Of a stretch of DNA of 64,000 nt, positions 28,509-37,931 are shown in pieces. Position 1 is the stretch's first letter, and every line of letters starts with the position of its first letter. A program made the translations under genes and the position numbers. The DNA is from an uncultured delta proteobacterium (GTDB lineage Bacteria; Myxococcota; Myxococcia; SLRQ01): positions 416,001 to 480,000 of the forward strand of contig CAVSGM010000003.1 of the NCBI GenBank assembly GCA_963727485.1, written 5' to 3'. The notes beneath the pieces are model-generated. The model was not told where the DNA came from. It did not search any database and saw nothing but the letters and a program-made list of their open reading frames with translations.

Positions 28509-28512
28509 CGCC

Positions 28513-29223
28513 ATGGGCGAGCCGCTCCCGCAGGGCCCCCACCAGGCCGTCAGCCGCATCCGGGTCCTGAAGGCCGGGCGGCTGGGGTACGCCGAGGGCC
28601 TGGCGCTCCAGCAGCGCCTCGCCGCCGGCCGGGACGCGGGCGCCGAGCCCGACACCCTGATCCTCCTGGAGCACGACCCGGTCATCACCCTCGGCCGCGG
28701 CGCCCACGCGGAGAACGTGCTCCTCTCGGAGCAGCAGCTGGCGGAGCAGGGCGTGAGCCTCTTCCCCACCGACCGGGGCGGCGACGTCACCTACCACGGC
28801 CCCGGCCAGGTGGTCGCCTATCCCATCTTCGACCTCAAGCCCGACCGGATGGACGTCCGGCGCTTCGTCGCCTCGCTCGAGGAGGTGATGATCCGCACCT
28901 GCGCCGACCACGGCGTGACCGCCGGCCGCCACGAGGGGAAGATCGGCTGCTGGCTCGGGGGCGAGGTCTCCGAGGGGCCCTGGCGGAAGATCGGCGCCAT
29001 CGGCGTGCACCTCTCGCGGTGGATCACCACCCACGGGCTGGCGTTCAACGTGAAGCCCGAGATGGATCACTTCCGGCTCATCGTCCCCTGCGGGATCGCC
29101 GAGTACGGGGTGACCAGCCTGGCCACCGAGCTCGGCGAGGGCGCCTGCCCCACGGTGGCGGCGACCATGGACCGGATCGCCGGGCACTTCGCCGAGGTCT
29201 TCGGCGCCGCGGTGACCGGGTAG
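28513..29223 (+). CDS. lipB: octanoyltransferase
   Basis: LEHDPVITLGR, RGGDVTYHGPGQ, KIGAIG, HGLAFN and IVPCG motifs. Confidence 0.95.
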   Translation: MGEPLPQGPHQAVSRIRVLKAGRLGYAEGLALQQRLAAGRDAGAEPDTLILLEHDPVITLGRGAHAENVLLSEQQLAEQGVSLFPTDRGGDVTYHGPGQVVAYPIFDLKPDRMDVRRFVASLEEVMIRTCADHGVTAGRHEGKIGCWLGGEVSEGPWRKIGAIGVHLSRWITTHGLAFNVKPEMDHFRLIVPCGIAEYGVTSLATELGEGACPTVAATMDRIAGHFAEVFGAAVTG

Positions 29224-29325
29224 CGCGCGGGGCGGCGCCCATGGACCTCCAGGCGACCACGAGCCCCTGGCGCGGGGTTGTACCCCAGCCGGGGTTTGGT
29301 AGGTTTGGTCTGGAGGGATCTACCG

Positions 29326-29664
29326 ATGAAAGCACTTTCAGTCTCCGTGGCCGTGGTCGCGCTCGTGGTGGCCACGGCGTGGGGTATCGGGTGCGTTCAG
29401 ACCTGTCCGTCGAGCGGGTGTGGCGCCGACCAGAGATGCCAGCATACGGTCGACACCGGCACCTTCTGCTGCGGTGCGCCCGGGACGGCCCCGGGGGGCT
29501 GCTGCTACCCGCCCGACGGTGGCTCGGTCTGCAGTTGCATCGCTGACTACGGTATGACCGAGTGCACCACCGACGCCGACTGCTGCAGCGGTCACTGCGC
29601 CAAGGTCAGCGGCAAGCCTACGGCTCGCGGGCATTGCCTGCTGCCTGACGGCGGCACGCCATAG
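29326..29664 (+). CDS. small Cys-rich lipoprotein
   Basis: GGAGG RBS, signal peptide ending GIGC, 15 Cys in 112 aa, and lower GC than its neighbours. Confidence 0.7.
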   Translation: MKALSVSVAVVALVVATAWGIGCVQTCPSSGCGADQRCQHTVDTGTFCCGAPGTAPGGCCYPPDGGSVCSCIADYGMTECTTDADCCSGHCAKVSGKPTARGHCLLPDGGTP

Positions 29665-29682
29665 CCCGCCGGTCTCGCGCCC

Positions 29683-30552
29683 TCACCGCTTCTCGAGGTC
29701 GGCGTTGTACATGGCGTAGCGAAGCGCCAGCCCGCCGACCAGCACGCACACCGCCGCGGGCATCGGCGCCACCACCGCCCGCCCCAGGGCCGCCGGCGCC
29801 AGGAGCACCGCGGGGACGAAGCCGCCCACGGCGAGCCCGCCCCACCACATCGGCGCCAGCCGCCCGCGGACCAGCAGGCGCACCCGGGGGTGACCCGCGC
29901 CGAGGCGCCGGCGCAGGCGGTCGGCCCACAGCAGCGAGAGGATCACCACGCCGAGGGCCATCAGCCCGGTGGCGGCGCCGATGCGGAAGGTCGCCAGCCA
30001 CGAGCCAATCCACGGCCGGGCCAGCAGGTGGAGCGCCCCGCCCGAAGCCAGCGCCAGGGTGAGGAAGATGGGCCCGGGGAGCGTCGAGGCGCTGCCCACC
30101 GGCCGGGAGCTGCCGACGAGGAGCAGCCCGGTGTAGCTCGCCAGCCCCAGGGCGAAGACCACGGCAATCCAGTCGAAGACCCGGATCCCCGGCACCCGCG
30201 CCACCCCGAAGGCGGAGATCGACGCCAGGGCCATGAGCACCGCGAAGCCGGTCAGAAGCCACACCCCCAGCGACAGGGGCGAGACCGGCTTGAACACCGT
30301 GAGCAGCCGCCACATCCGCAGGGGCTTGGTGAGCTCGGCGGTCAGCAGCCCGGCGCCAATGGAGACCCCGATGAGCCCGGCGAGGTCGCCGAGGCGGGCG
30401 TGGGCGAGGCCCGCGGGATCGTGGAGGAAGATGCCGACGAGCAGCCCCACCACGTAACTTCCCGCGGCCAGCCCCCCAAGGAAGAACCACAGCGGCGCCA
30501 CCACCCGCCGGGGGAGGTGGTTGAGCGCGGTCCGTGGATCAGGGGCCGACAT
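29683..30552 (-). CDS. NrfD/PsrC-family membrane anchor
   Basis: WFFLGGLAAG, ELTKPLR, SPLSLGVWLL and ASYTGLLL motifs; about 8 transmembrane segments. Confidence 0.85.
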   Translation of the reverse strand: MSAPDPRTALNHLPRRVVAPLWFFLGGLAAGSYVVGLLVGIFLHDPAGLAHARLGDLAGLIGVSIGAGLLTAELTKPLRMWRLLTVFKPVSPLSLGVWLLTGFAVLMALASISAFGVARVPGIRVFDWIAVVFALGLASYTGLLLVGSSRPVGSASTLPGPIFLTLALASGGALHLLARPWIGSWLATFRIGAATGLMALGVVILSLLWADRLRRRLGAGHPRVRLLVRGRLAPMWWGGLAVGGFVPAVLLAPAALGRAVVAPMPAAVCVLVGGLALRYAMYNADLEKR

Positions 30553-31298
30553 TGTGACCCGAGAGGAGCTGGAGCAGGATCGCCATCCAGAAGGCCGCCG
30601 CGGCGGCGACGCCAATCCACGCGCCGAGGAGCCGGTGGGCCGGCCGCTCCACCGTGGCCGGGTCGGGGAGGCCGTAGACCTCCGGCGGAATCCGGGAGGA
30701 CGGTGAGGACCCGCAGGCCCCCGAGGAGGTGCTCGCCGTAGAGGCTGGCGTCGGGGTGCCCGTTCTGGCGGAGCCTGGCCACCTGCCCGCGCCCGCGCTC
30801 GAGGAGGGCGTCGCGGTCGCCGAAGCGGATGGCGTCGGTGGGGCAGACCTTGGCGCAGGCGGGGCCGAGGCCGGCGTCGACCCGGTCGTGGCAGAAGGTG
30901 CACTTCTGGGCGATGCCCTTGGACGGGGACACCGCGATGACGTCGAAGGGGCAGGCGGGGACGCAGTGCTGGTTCCCGTTGCACACCTGGCCGTCCACCA
31001 GGACGAAGCCCTCGGCGTTCCTGGAGATGGCGCCGGTGGGACAGGCGTCGAGGCAGGGCGCCTCGGGGCAGTGCTTGCAGCTGTCCGAGTAGAACTGCCA
31101 GGGCGCCGGGCTGCCGGGGTCGCCGGCGCGGTCGACGAACTTCACGTGCTTCCAGGTGTCCCCGGAGAGGTGCCCCGGGCTCTCGTAGCCGGTGAGCGCG
31201 GAGACGGGCTCGATGGGCAGCTCGTTCCACTCCTTGCAGGCCACCTGGCAGGCCCGGCACCCGATGCAGGTGCTCACGTCGACGAGCATCGCCTTCAC
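30539..31298 (-). CDS. FdnH/HybA-like Fe-S subunit with C-terminal TM helix (frameshift near 30688)
   Basis: CIGCRACQVACKEWN, CKHCPEAPCLDAC, CNGNQHCVPAC and KCTFC..PACAKVCP. After the shift the frame reads PEVYGLP, a TM helix and TGA at 30539. Confidence 0.88.
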
Positions 31299-31448
31299 GG
31301 GGCGGCATCCTACCCCGGGTGGCCGCTGGCGTCAGGTGCGGGTCCATGTAAGGGCCCCGGGCGTGGTGCAGCGCGTCATCCCGTCCATACTGGACCCGCA
31401 GTGCCCGCGGAGATGGGACGCGCGGCCGAAGCTTCCAGGAGAACCACC

Positions 31449-32021
31449 ATGAACCGCGTCCACGTCAGAGCCCTGTTCGTCCTCGCCGCCCTCGGCGGTG
31501 CCCTCGCCATGACCCCGGCCTACGCCCGGCCCTGGCGGGTCAACGAGATCCCCAACGGCAGCGTGAACAGCTGCTACACCTGCCACACCCAGAACGGCTA
31601 CTGGAACGCCTTCGGCACCGATCTGAAGAACAACTACGGCATCAACGGCCCCGGCGCGCCGCCGGTCCCCTGGGCCCAGGTCTACGACGCCGACTCGGAC
31701 CAGGACGGCCAGACCAACGGCCAGGAGCTCGGGGACCCCTGCGGGGTGTGGACCACCGGCTGCGCGCCCCAGTTCACCAGCGGCGTCTCCAACCCCGGCA
31801 ACCCCTCGAGCACCACCAGCACCATCCCCACCTGCAGCAACGCCGGGAAGGCGCCCGCGTGCCAGCAGGGCGGCGGCGGGGGCACCGGCGGGTCCACCCC
31901 AGGCACCACCTCGCCCAGCGGCTGCACCGCGGCGTCGGGGCCGGCGAGCCTCGGGGCCTTCGGGCTCATCGCCCTCGCCGGGCTGCTGACGCGCCGCCGC
32001 CAGGCCCGCGCCGGCCGCTGA
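31449..32021 (+). CDS. secreted CxxCH protein with temptin-like motif and MYXO-CTERM-like tail
   Basis: AGGAG RBS, signal peptide, CYTCH, DSDQDGQTNGQELGDPC, then SGCTA, a TM segment and RRR. Confidence 0.8.
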   Translation: MNRVHVRALFVLAALGGALAMTPAYARPWRVNEIPNGSVNSCYTCHTQNGYWNAFGTDLKNNYGINGPGAPPVPWAQVYDADSDQDGQTNGQELGDPCGVWTTGCAPQFTSGVSNPGNPSSTTSTIPTCSNAGKAPACQQGGGGGTGGSTPGTTSPSGCTAASGPASLGAFGLIALAGLLTRRRQARAGR

Positions 32022-32046
32022 CGCCCCGCCCGGAGCCAGGGCGCCC

Positions 32047-32733
32047 CTAGAAGTGACTCGCGGTCCAGGTCAGGGCCAGGTAGCCGGTGCACGGGAACCC
32101 CTGGGCGCAGAAGACGTCGACCTCGGGCAGGAGGTGGCCGTGGGTCCCGGTGTCGATGTCGAGGCCGACGGTGAGCTGCGGCGCCAGGTAGGCGAGCCGC
32201 GCGGGCCCAGAGCCCACGACCCGCGGCGAGAAGAAGACGTAGGTCGTCAGCTGCGGGGCGACCACCAGCTCCTCGTCCCCGAGGCGGATCCCGAGGAGCA
32301 CCGGGAGGTGGAGGCGCACCGGGTCGATGGAGCTGCCGTTGACAATCCCCGGGGCGGGGCTCAGGAACCCGGTGGGGACCCCCAGGCCCACCCCCGGCGC
32401 CACCGAGAGGTCGAAGGCGGGGCTCCTCACCGCCTGCCACTTGAGGTCGATGCGCCCGCCGGCCTGCACCAGCCACAGGCGGCCCCCGAGCTCGAGGTTG
32501 TCGGTGAGCCCCTGGCGGACCGAGGCCTCGAGGTCCGGGTAGACGTGGAACACCTGCTTCCCCGAGCTGTCGGGGGCGGTCATGGCCTCGGCGCCCGCGG
32601 TGATGCCCCACTCCAGGTGGCCGGCGGGGACGGTGGGCACCCGCTCCAGGAGGCCCGCGGTGGGGTAGCAGCCGGCGGCGAGGAGGAGGACGGCGGGGAC
32701 GACGAGGCGGGGCAGGGCGCGGCGCGGGGGCAT
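32047..32733 (-). CDS. hypothetical lipoprotein, probable beta-barrel
   Basis: Lipobox LAAGC, amphipathic strands and a C-terminal Phe. Layout is similar to 14111..14989. Confidence 0.7.
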   Translation of the reverse strand: MPPRRALPRLVVPAVLLLAAGCYPTAGLLERVPTVPAGHLEWGITAGAEAMTAPDSSGKQVFHVYPDLEASVRQGLTDNLELGGRLWLVQAGGRIDLKWQAVRSPAFDLSVAPGVGLGVPTGFLSPAPGIVNGSSIDPVRLHLPVLLGIRLGDEELVVAPQLTTYVFFSPRVVGSGPARLAYLAPQLTVGLDIDTGTHGHLLPEVDVFCAQGFPCTGYLALTWTASHF

Positions 32734-32774
32734 GCCTTCTCCCTAGCACCGGGCCCGGGGGTCGCGCCTCGGGC

Positions 32775-32812
32775 GGTTGGACGGGCGCCTACAGGTTGGA
32801 CGGGCGCCTACA
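32775..32812. repeat. perfect 19-bp tandem duplication in an intergenic region
   Basis: GGTTGGACGGGCGCCTACA occurs twice in tandem. Confidence 0.9.
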
Positions 32813-32925
32813 TGTAGTTGAGTGGCATACTCGTGAACCTGCACGTATCCGCTTGCGGCCAGCCCGTCATGGGGCTAGAAATGGGCCCGCCTGGGGTCAC
32901 ACTAAACCTAGCAAAAGAGTCGTAA

Positions 32926-33447
32926 ATGCTTCACGCCCTCGCCGCCCCCTGGCCCTGGTACCTCGGCGCCCTCGCCGTGGCCGGGGTCTCCATCGCGCTG
33001 GTCGCCTTCGAGGGCCGGACCCTCGGGGTCTCCGGCGGCGTCAGCGCCGCCCTGGGCCTGCCCCCGGTCGAGGGGGGCACCTGCGGCGCCGACGGCGTCC
33101 AGCCCGGCGCCGCGGCCGGCGCGGGGCCCGGCGCCAACCGCTGGCGCGCCTTCTTCCTCCTGGGCCTGCCGCTGGGCGGTGTCCTCAGCCATCTCCTCGG
33201 CGGCGGCGGCCACGGCCTCGCCACCCTGGTCACCTGGACCGGCTCGCCCCTGGGCGCGGCGGCGCTCCTCCTCGGCGGCGGCGTCCTCATCGGCTGGGGC
33301 ACCCGGCAGGCCGGCGGGTGCACCTCGGGGCACGCCATCGTGGGCTGCGCCCTGGCCCGGCCGGCGAGCCTCCTGGTCACCGCGACCTTCTTCGCCACCG
33401 GCGTCCTCGCCGCCAACCTCCTCGCCCACCTCGGAGGTGTCCGATGA
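32926..33447 (+). CDS. YeeE/YedE-family sulfur/selenium transporter, first half
   Basis: GRTLGVSG and GGVLIGWGTRQAGGCTSGHAIVG motifs. Confidence 0.88.
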   Translation: MLHALAAPWPWYLGALAVAGVSIALVAFEGRTLGVSGGVSAALGLPPVEGGTCGADGVQPGAAAGAGPGANRWRAFFLLGLPLGGVLSHLLGGGGHGLATLVTWTGSPLGAAALLLGGGVLIGWGTRQAGGCTSGHAIVGCALARPASLLVTATFFATGVLAANLLAHLGGVR

Positions 33448-33905
33448 GGTCCGGCCTGCGCTTCGCCCTCTGGGGCACCGGCTTCGGCTTCGTCCTCTCC
33501 CGGGCCGGGGCCACCGACTTCGACCTGATGAGCGGCATGTTCCGCTTCACCGACCTCCACCTCATCGGGGTCATCGGTGGCGCCGTGGCCCTGGGCGCGG
33601 TGGGCCTGCGCCTCGCCGCCCGTCTCCGCCTCCGCACCGGCCGCCCGGTGAGCCTCCCCAGGCCCCGGACCTCCACCCCGGCCCTGGCCGGCGCCGCGGT
33701 CTTCGGCCTCGGCTGGGGGCTGACCGGCGCCTGCCCGGGAACCTCGCTGGTGCAGCTGGGCGAGGGCACCTGGCTCGCCGGGTTCACCGTCGCCGGCATC
33801 TTCCTCGGCGCCCTGGCCCACGCGGCGATCACCCACTGGCTGGCGCGCCGCCGCACCCTCCGGGCCCTCCAGGGCGTGCGTGGTCTCCAGACCCAGCTGC
33901 GCTGA
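33444..33905 (+). CDS. YeeE/YedE-family transporter, second half
   Basis: ATGA overlap with the first half; GFGFVLS and GAAVFGLGWGLTGACPG motifs. Confidence 0.88.
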   Translation: MRSGLRFALWGTGFGFVLSRAGATDFDLMSGMFRFTDLHLIGVIGGAVALGAVGLRLAARLRLRTGRPVSLPRPRTSTPALAGAAVFGLGWGLTGACPGTSLVQLGEGTWLAGFTVAGIFLGALAHAAITHWLARRRTLRALQGVRGLQTQLR

Positions 33906-33965
33906 TCCCCGTCCTCCCGTCGGCGGATGCCAGCACCGCGCCGGTCGTGATACGACGCTTGAGCC

Positions 33966-36821
33966 ATGCGTAGGGGGATCCTCATCGTCGTCGCCCTCGG
34001 CACCCTCGCAGGGTGCCGGGACTTCCAGGTCCCGCCCCTGGGCTACCAGGGGCCGCTGAAGGTGGTCCCGGCGACCCTGGCGGTGGCGCCCCAGGAGGCC
34101 GCCACCTTCCAGGTCGAGGGCGGCACCCCGCCCTATACGGTCGGCCCCGCGCCGGGGAGCACCACCGGGAGCACCGGGGGCACCGACTACCTCGCCTTCC
34201 CCCTCACCGCCAACGGCGGCTCCGGGGGCTTCGCCGCCGTCAACGGCGCCCAGGTCGACTACGCCGCCGGCACCGGCGACACCACCGCCGGCCAGCACAC
34301 CCGGGACAGCTTCGTGGTCCGGGACGCCAAGGGCGCCACGGTCACCGTCCACGTGGACATCGGCCCCCCGGTGGCCGTGGACTTCGGCAACGCCGGCAAG
34401 CCCCTCTCCGTGCCGCCAGGGGGCACCCTCTTCCTCGGTGCCACCGGCGGCAAGGGGCCCTACCTCTTCGGGCTGGCCAGCGCGCCCTCCGACGGTCTGG
34501 CCGATGCGGTCACCGGCCGCTACCGGGCTGGGGACCTCGGCTGCGTCACCGACACCCTCGTGGTCCGGGACGACGTGGGCGCCACCGACGCGGACACGGT
34601 GAACGTCCAGTGCCCGCGCATGCCAGGGAGCCCCGCCGACGTGGTGGCTGCCCGCGCCCTGGACCTGGGCAGCACCACCAACCGCGTCTTCTACTTCACC
34701 ACCCGCAACGGGGGTGATCTGGAGCTGCCCATCTACGGCGGCGCGCCCTACCAGGTGAGCCTCCCGGGCCCGGTGGTCGCGGTCACCGCACCCCGCCACG
34801 CCCCCGGGGTGGTGGTGGCGGTGCGCGAGTTCGACGGGATCCACCTCCTCTCCGCCAACGGCCAGCCGGGGGCCTTCGTGGACCTGGTGGCCACCGGTCC
34901 CAACTACCCCATCCCCCTCGGCTCGACCCTCCGCCTCACCAGCGCCGAGAACTTCACCAGCACCACCTCGCCGGAAGCCGAGGCCAGCTGGACCACGCCC
35001 ACCGGGGGCGGCTTCGCCGCGCACCTCGCCGTGGGCCAGTCGACCGGCGCCGCGGTCAGCGTCCCCGGCCAGCCTGCCGCGGTCACCGGCTTCCCCGCCA
35101 CCCTCCACGACTTCCTCAACGGCCGCACCGACTTCGTCCAGCTCTACCTGCCGCAGGCCGGGGGTCAGGTGGCGGCGGTGGTCGACATCGGCGGCGGCCT
35201 CGGCGGCCAGACGCCCGTCACCGTGCCCGTGACCTTCCAGACGCTCCTCGACGCCGCCGGGAGCGATGGCAGCGACGTGGCCCTCCTCGGGACCGACGCC
35301 AGCGGCAACCGCGTGCTCGCCCTGGTCTCGTTGAACACCAGCACCGGGGCCTTCAGCCTCCAGGGTGGACCGGTGCCGGTGCAAGGCGACGCCGACCGCG
35401 TGGTCTTCGGTCACCTGCGCAGCCTGGGCTCCGAGGACTACGTCGTGGCCGGCGCCGCCGGCGAGGTGCGCCTGGTCCACCCCGACGGGAACGGGGCCCT
35501 GAAGGTCGAGAACACCTCCTGGTTCCTGCCCGCGGGGATCACCGACCTCGCCGCCGGGGACGTCGACGGGGACGGCCTCGACGAGCTCCTCGCCAGCGGT
35601 GACCCCGCCGGCAATCCGGCGATCTACGTGAACCCCTCGGCGCTCCCCCTGCAGGCGCCCCCGTCGCGGGGCGTCTATGGCCATGGTGCCCTCCAGGCCA
35701 CCTCCGTGGGCAAGGTGGTGCAGCCCCAGGAGGTCCCCACGGTCCTGGCACTCGACCAGGGGCGCTTCGCCGACGGCAGCGATTCCCAAACGAAAGCCGG
35801 TGAGCTCGTCCTGCTCCCCGGGGGGGCCGACGTCGGCACGCCGGTGCAGCTGAAGCTGCCGGTCACCGGGGGCAGCGTGGTGCAGGTGATCACCGCGCCC
35901 CTGAGCCAGAACACCCTCGGCCTCGACTACAACCCCCCTGCCATCGTGGCCCTGGTCGACGACGGGACCGGCAGCGAGTCGGTGTGGGTCGTGAGCTACC
36001 CCCAGCCGGGGCAGGCGCCGACGGTGGAGGCCGTGGGCGGCAAGCAGAGCCCCACCCCGTTCTCAAGGGCCCGCCTCGCCGCGCTCCCCGTCCCCGGGGC
36101 CAGCCCGGCGCTGGACCTGGGGGTGATCGTCGACGACCAGGGCCTCTGGGCCCTCACCCTGGACGCCAAGGGGACGCCCAGCGTCGCCCCGGTCCACCGG
36201 GGCACGTACGGCTGGCCGACGGCCGACCTCGGCGACACCAAGACCCACACCCTCCTGGCCCTGGAGCGGACGTCGCCCAAGAGCCTGAGCCTCTCCCGGA
36301 TCGGCGTCGACGCCGCGGGCACCGACCTCGTGGTCACCCCGGTTCCGGATCCCTCCGGCTCGGGCCCGGTGGTCCTCCAGCCCCCGCCCACCGTCGACCT
36401 CAACGCGACCCTCCATGCGCCCGTGATCGCCCAGGACACCTCCTTGACCGGCCCGGAGGTGGCGCTGGTCACCGGGGGGAAGATCCTGGAGCTGGGCACC
36501 GCGGACCTGGGCGTGTGCCTCCTCAACCTCCCGGGGACGGTGACCGACCTGGCCCTCATCGGGGCCGACTCCGACGGAACCGCGCGGGTCGCCGTCCTCG
36601 ACACCCCCGACCACCTCCTGGAGACGGTGCGGCTGTTCAACTACCAGGAGGGCGTCCTCGACCGGACGGTGCTCCAGGGGTCGCCGACCTCGGTGCGCGT
36701 GGGGGACGTGGTGGGCAACGACGGAGTCCCCGACATCGTCGTCGGTGGCACCCCGCTGACCATCCTCCCCGGCCTCCAGGGCGCCATCCAGACCGTGCGC
36801 CAGACGCTCACCTGCCAGTAG
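33966..36821 (+). CDS. large lipoprotein with Ig-like and FG-GAP/VCBS repeats
   Basis: Lipobox LAGC, GGTPPY and GGKGPY modules, AAGDVDGDGLDEL and GDVVGNDGVPDIVV. Confidence 0.8.
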   Translation: MRRGILIVVALGTLAGCRDFQVPPLGYQGPLKVVPATLAVAPQEAATFQVEGGTPPYTVGPAPGSTTGSTGGTDYLAFPLTANGGSGGFAAVNGAQVDYAAGTGDTTAGQHTRDSFVVRDAKGATVTVHVDIGPPVAVDFGNAGKPLSVPPGGTLFLGATGGKGPYLFGLASAPSDGLADAVTGRYRAGDLGCVTDTLVVRDDVGATDADTVNVQCPRMPGSPADVVAARALDLGSTTNRVFYFTTRNGGDLELPIYGGAPYQVSLPGPVVAVTAPRHAPGVVVAVREFDGIHLLSANGQPGAFVDLVATGPNYPIPLGSTLRLTSAENFTSTTSPEAEASWTTPTGGGFAAHLAVGQSTGAAVSVPGQPAAVTGFPATLHDFLNGRTDFVQLYLPQAGGQVAAVVDIGGGLGGQTPVTVPVTFQTLLDAAGSDGSDVALLGTDASGNRVLALVSLNTSTGAFSLQGGPVPVQGDADRVVFGHLRSLGSEDYVVAGAAGEVRLVHPDGNGALKVENTSWFLPAGITDLAAGDVDGDGLDELLASGDPAGNPAIYVNPSALPLQAPPSRGVYGHGALQATSVGKVVQPQEVPTVLALDQGRFADGSDSQTKAGELVLLPGGADVGTPVQLKLPVTGGSVVQVITAPLSQNTLGLDYNPPAIVALVDDGTGSESVWVVSYPQPGQAPTVEAVGGKQSPTPFSRARLAALPVPGASPALDLGVIVDDQGLWALTLDAKGTPSVAPVHRGTYGWPTADLGDTKTHTLLALERTSPKSLSLSRIGVDAAGTDLVVTPVPDPSGSGPVVLQPPPTVDLNATLHAPVIAQDTSLTGPEVALVTGGKILELGTADLGVCLLNLPGTVTDLALIGADSDGTARVAVLDTPDHLLETVRLFNYQEGVLDRTVLQGSPTSVRVGDVVGNDGVPDIVVGGTPLTILPGLQGAIQTVRQTLTCQ

Positions 36822-36833
36822 CGCCCGGCCGGC

Positions 36834-37865
36834 TCACCCCTCGCCGGCCCCGGTGGTCAGCAGCACCTTCCCGAAGTTCTTCCGGTCCTGGAGCCAGGCG
36901 TGGGCGGCGCCGGTCTCCTCCAGGGGGAAGGTCCGGTCCACCACCGGGTCCAGGTCGCCTGCGGCCACCCGCGCGAGGATGGCCTCGAGGCTCTCGCGCA
37001 ACAGCGCCACCTCGTCCCAGAGGTGGCCGAGGTTCACCCCGAACACGCCCACGTTCCGGTCCATGAGCTTGAGCGGGTGGAACCGGGGCATGGCGAGGAC
37101 CGTGCCCCCGGCGGTGATCAGGTTGCGCTTCTTGCCGGTGGCCATGGAGGCGTTGCCGAAGAGGAAGAGCCGACCCATGGGGGCCAGCAGCGCGTAGCTC
37201 TTCTTGAACGAGCTCCCGCCGATGGGGTCGAGGACCACGTGGACCCCCCGCCCGCCGGTGAGCCGGCGCGCCTCGGCCTCGAAGTCCTGGGTGCGGTAGT
37301 CGATGGCGTGGTCGAGGCCCAGGGAAAGGAGCCGCTCGTGCTTCCCGGCGCTGGCCGTGCCCAGGAGCGTGGCCCCGCGCCACCTGGCGATCTGGAGGGC
37401 GGCGAGGCCCACCCCGCCCCCGGCGCCGTGGATCAGCACCGTCTCCGAGGCCTGGAGGTTTCCCAGGCGGACCAGCATCAGCCAGGCGGTGAGGTAGTTC
37501 ACCGGGAGCGCCGCCGCCTTCTCGAAGGAGAGCGCGTCGGGGATCCGGTGGACCTGGGTGGCCTGGACCACCGCGCAGTCGGTGTAGCCCCCGAAGCGGG
37601 TCACCGAGAGCACCCGGTCGCCCACCGAGAAGGCGCTGACCTCGGGGCCCACCGCGTCCACCGTCCCCGACACCTCGTAGCCCACCACCGTGGGGAGCTT
37701 GGGCGCGTCGGGGTAGAGACCCATCCGGGCCATGCAGTCGGCGAAGTTCACGCCGGCGGCGGCGACCCGGATGCGCACGTAGCCGGGGCCCGGCACCGGG
37801 TCCGGGGCCTCACGGACCTCGAGCACCTCCGGCCCACCGATCTTCGGGATCCACACCTGCCGCAT
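36834..37865 (-). CDS. VAT-1-like medium-chain dehydrogenase / quinone oxidoreductase
   Basis: GVNFAD, GYEVSG, VNYLTAW, HGAGGGVG and KNFGKVLL motifs. Confidence 0.9.
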   Translation of the reverse strand: MRQVWIPKIGGPEVLEVREAPDPVPGPGYVRIRVAAAGVNFADCMARMGLYPDAPKLPTVVGYEVSGTVDAVGPEVSAFSVGDRVLSVTRFGGYTDCAVVQATQVHRIPDALSFEKAAALPVNYLTAWLMLVRLGNLQASETVLIHGAGGGVGLAALQIARWRGATLLGTASAGKHERLLSLGLDHAIDYRTQDFEAEARRLTGGRGVHVVLDPIGGSSFKKSYALLAPMGRLFLFGNASMATGKKRNLITAGGTVLAMPRFHPLKLMDRNVGVFGVNLGHLWDEVALLRESLEAILARVAAGDLDPVVDRTFPLEETGAAHAWLQDRKNFGKVLLTTGAGEG

Positions 37866-37931
37866 CGGTCCCCCTCCCAGGGCCGGGCCGGCGTGGCCCG
37901 AGCCTGTGGGGGATATAGCCCGCTGGCGGCG

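Noticed and set aside
32823..32838. TGGCATACTCGTGAA as a sigma54 promoter
   Set aside because: The -24/-12 spacing is off by one and the -12 element is poor.
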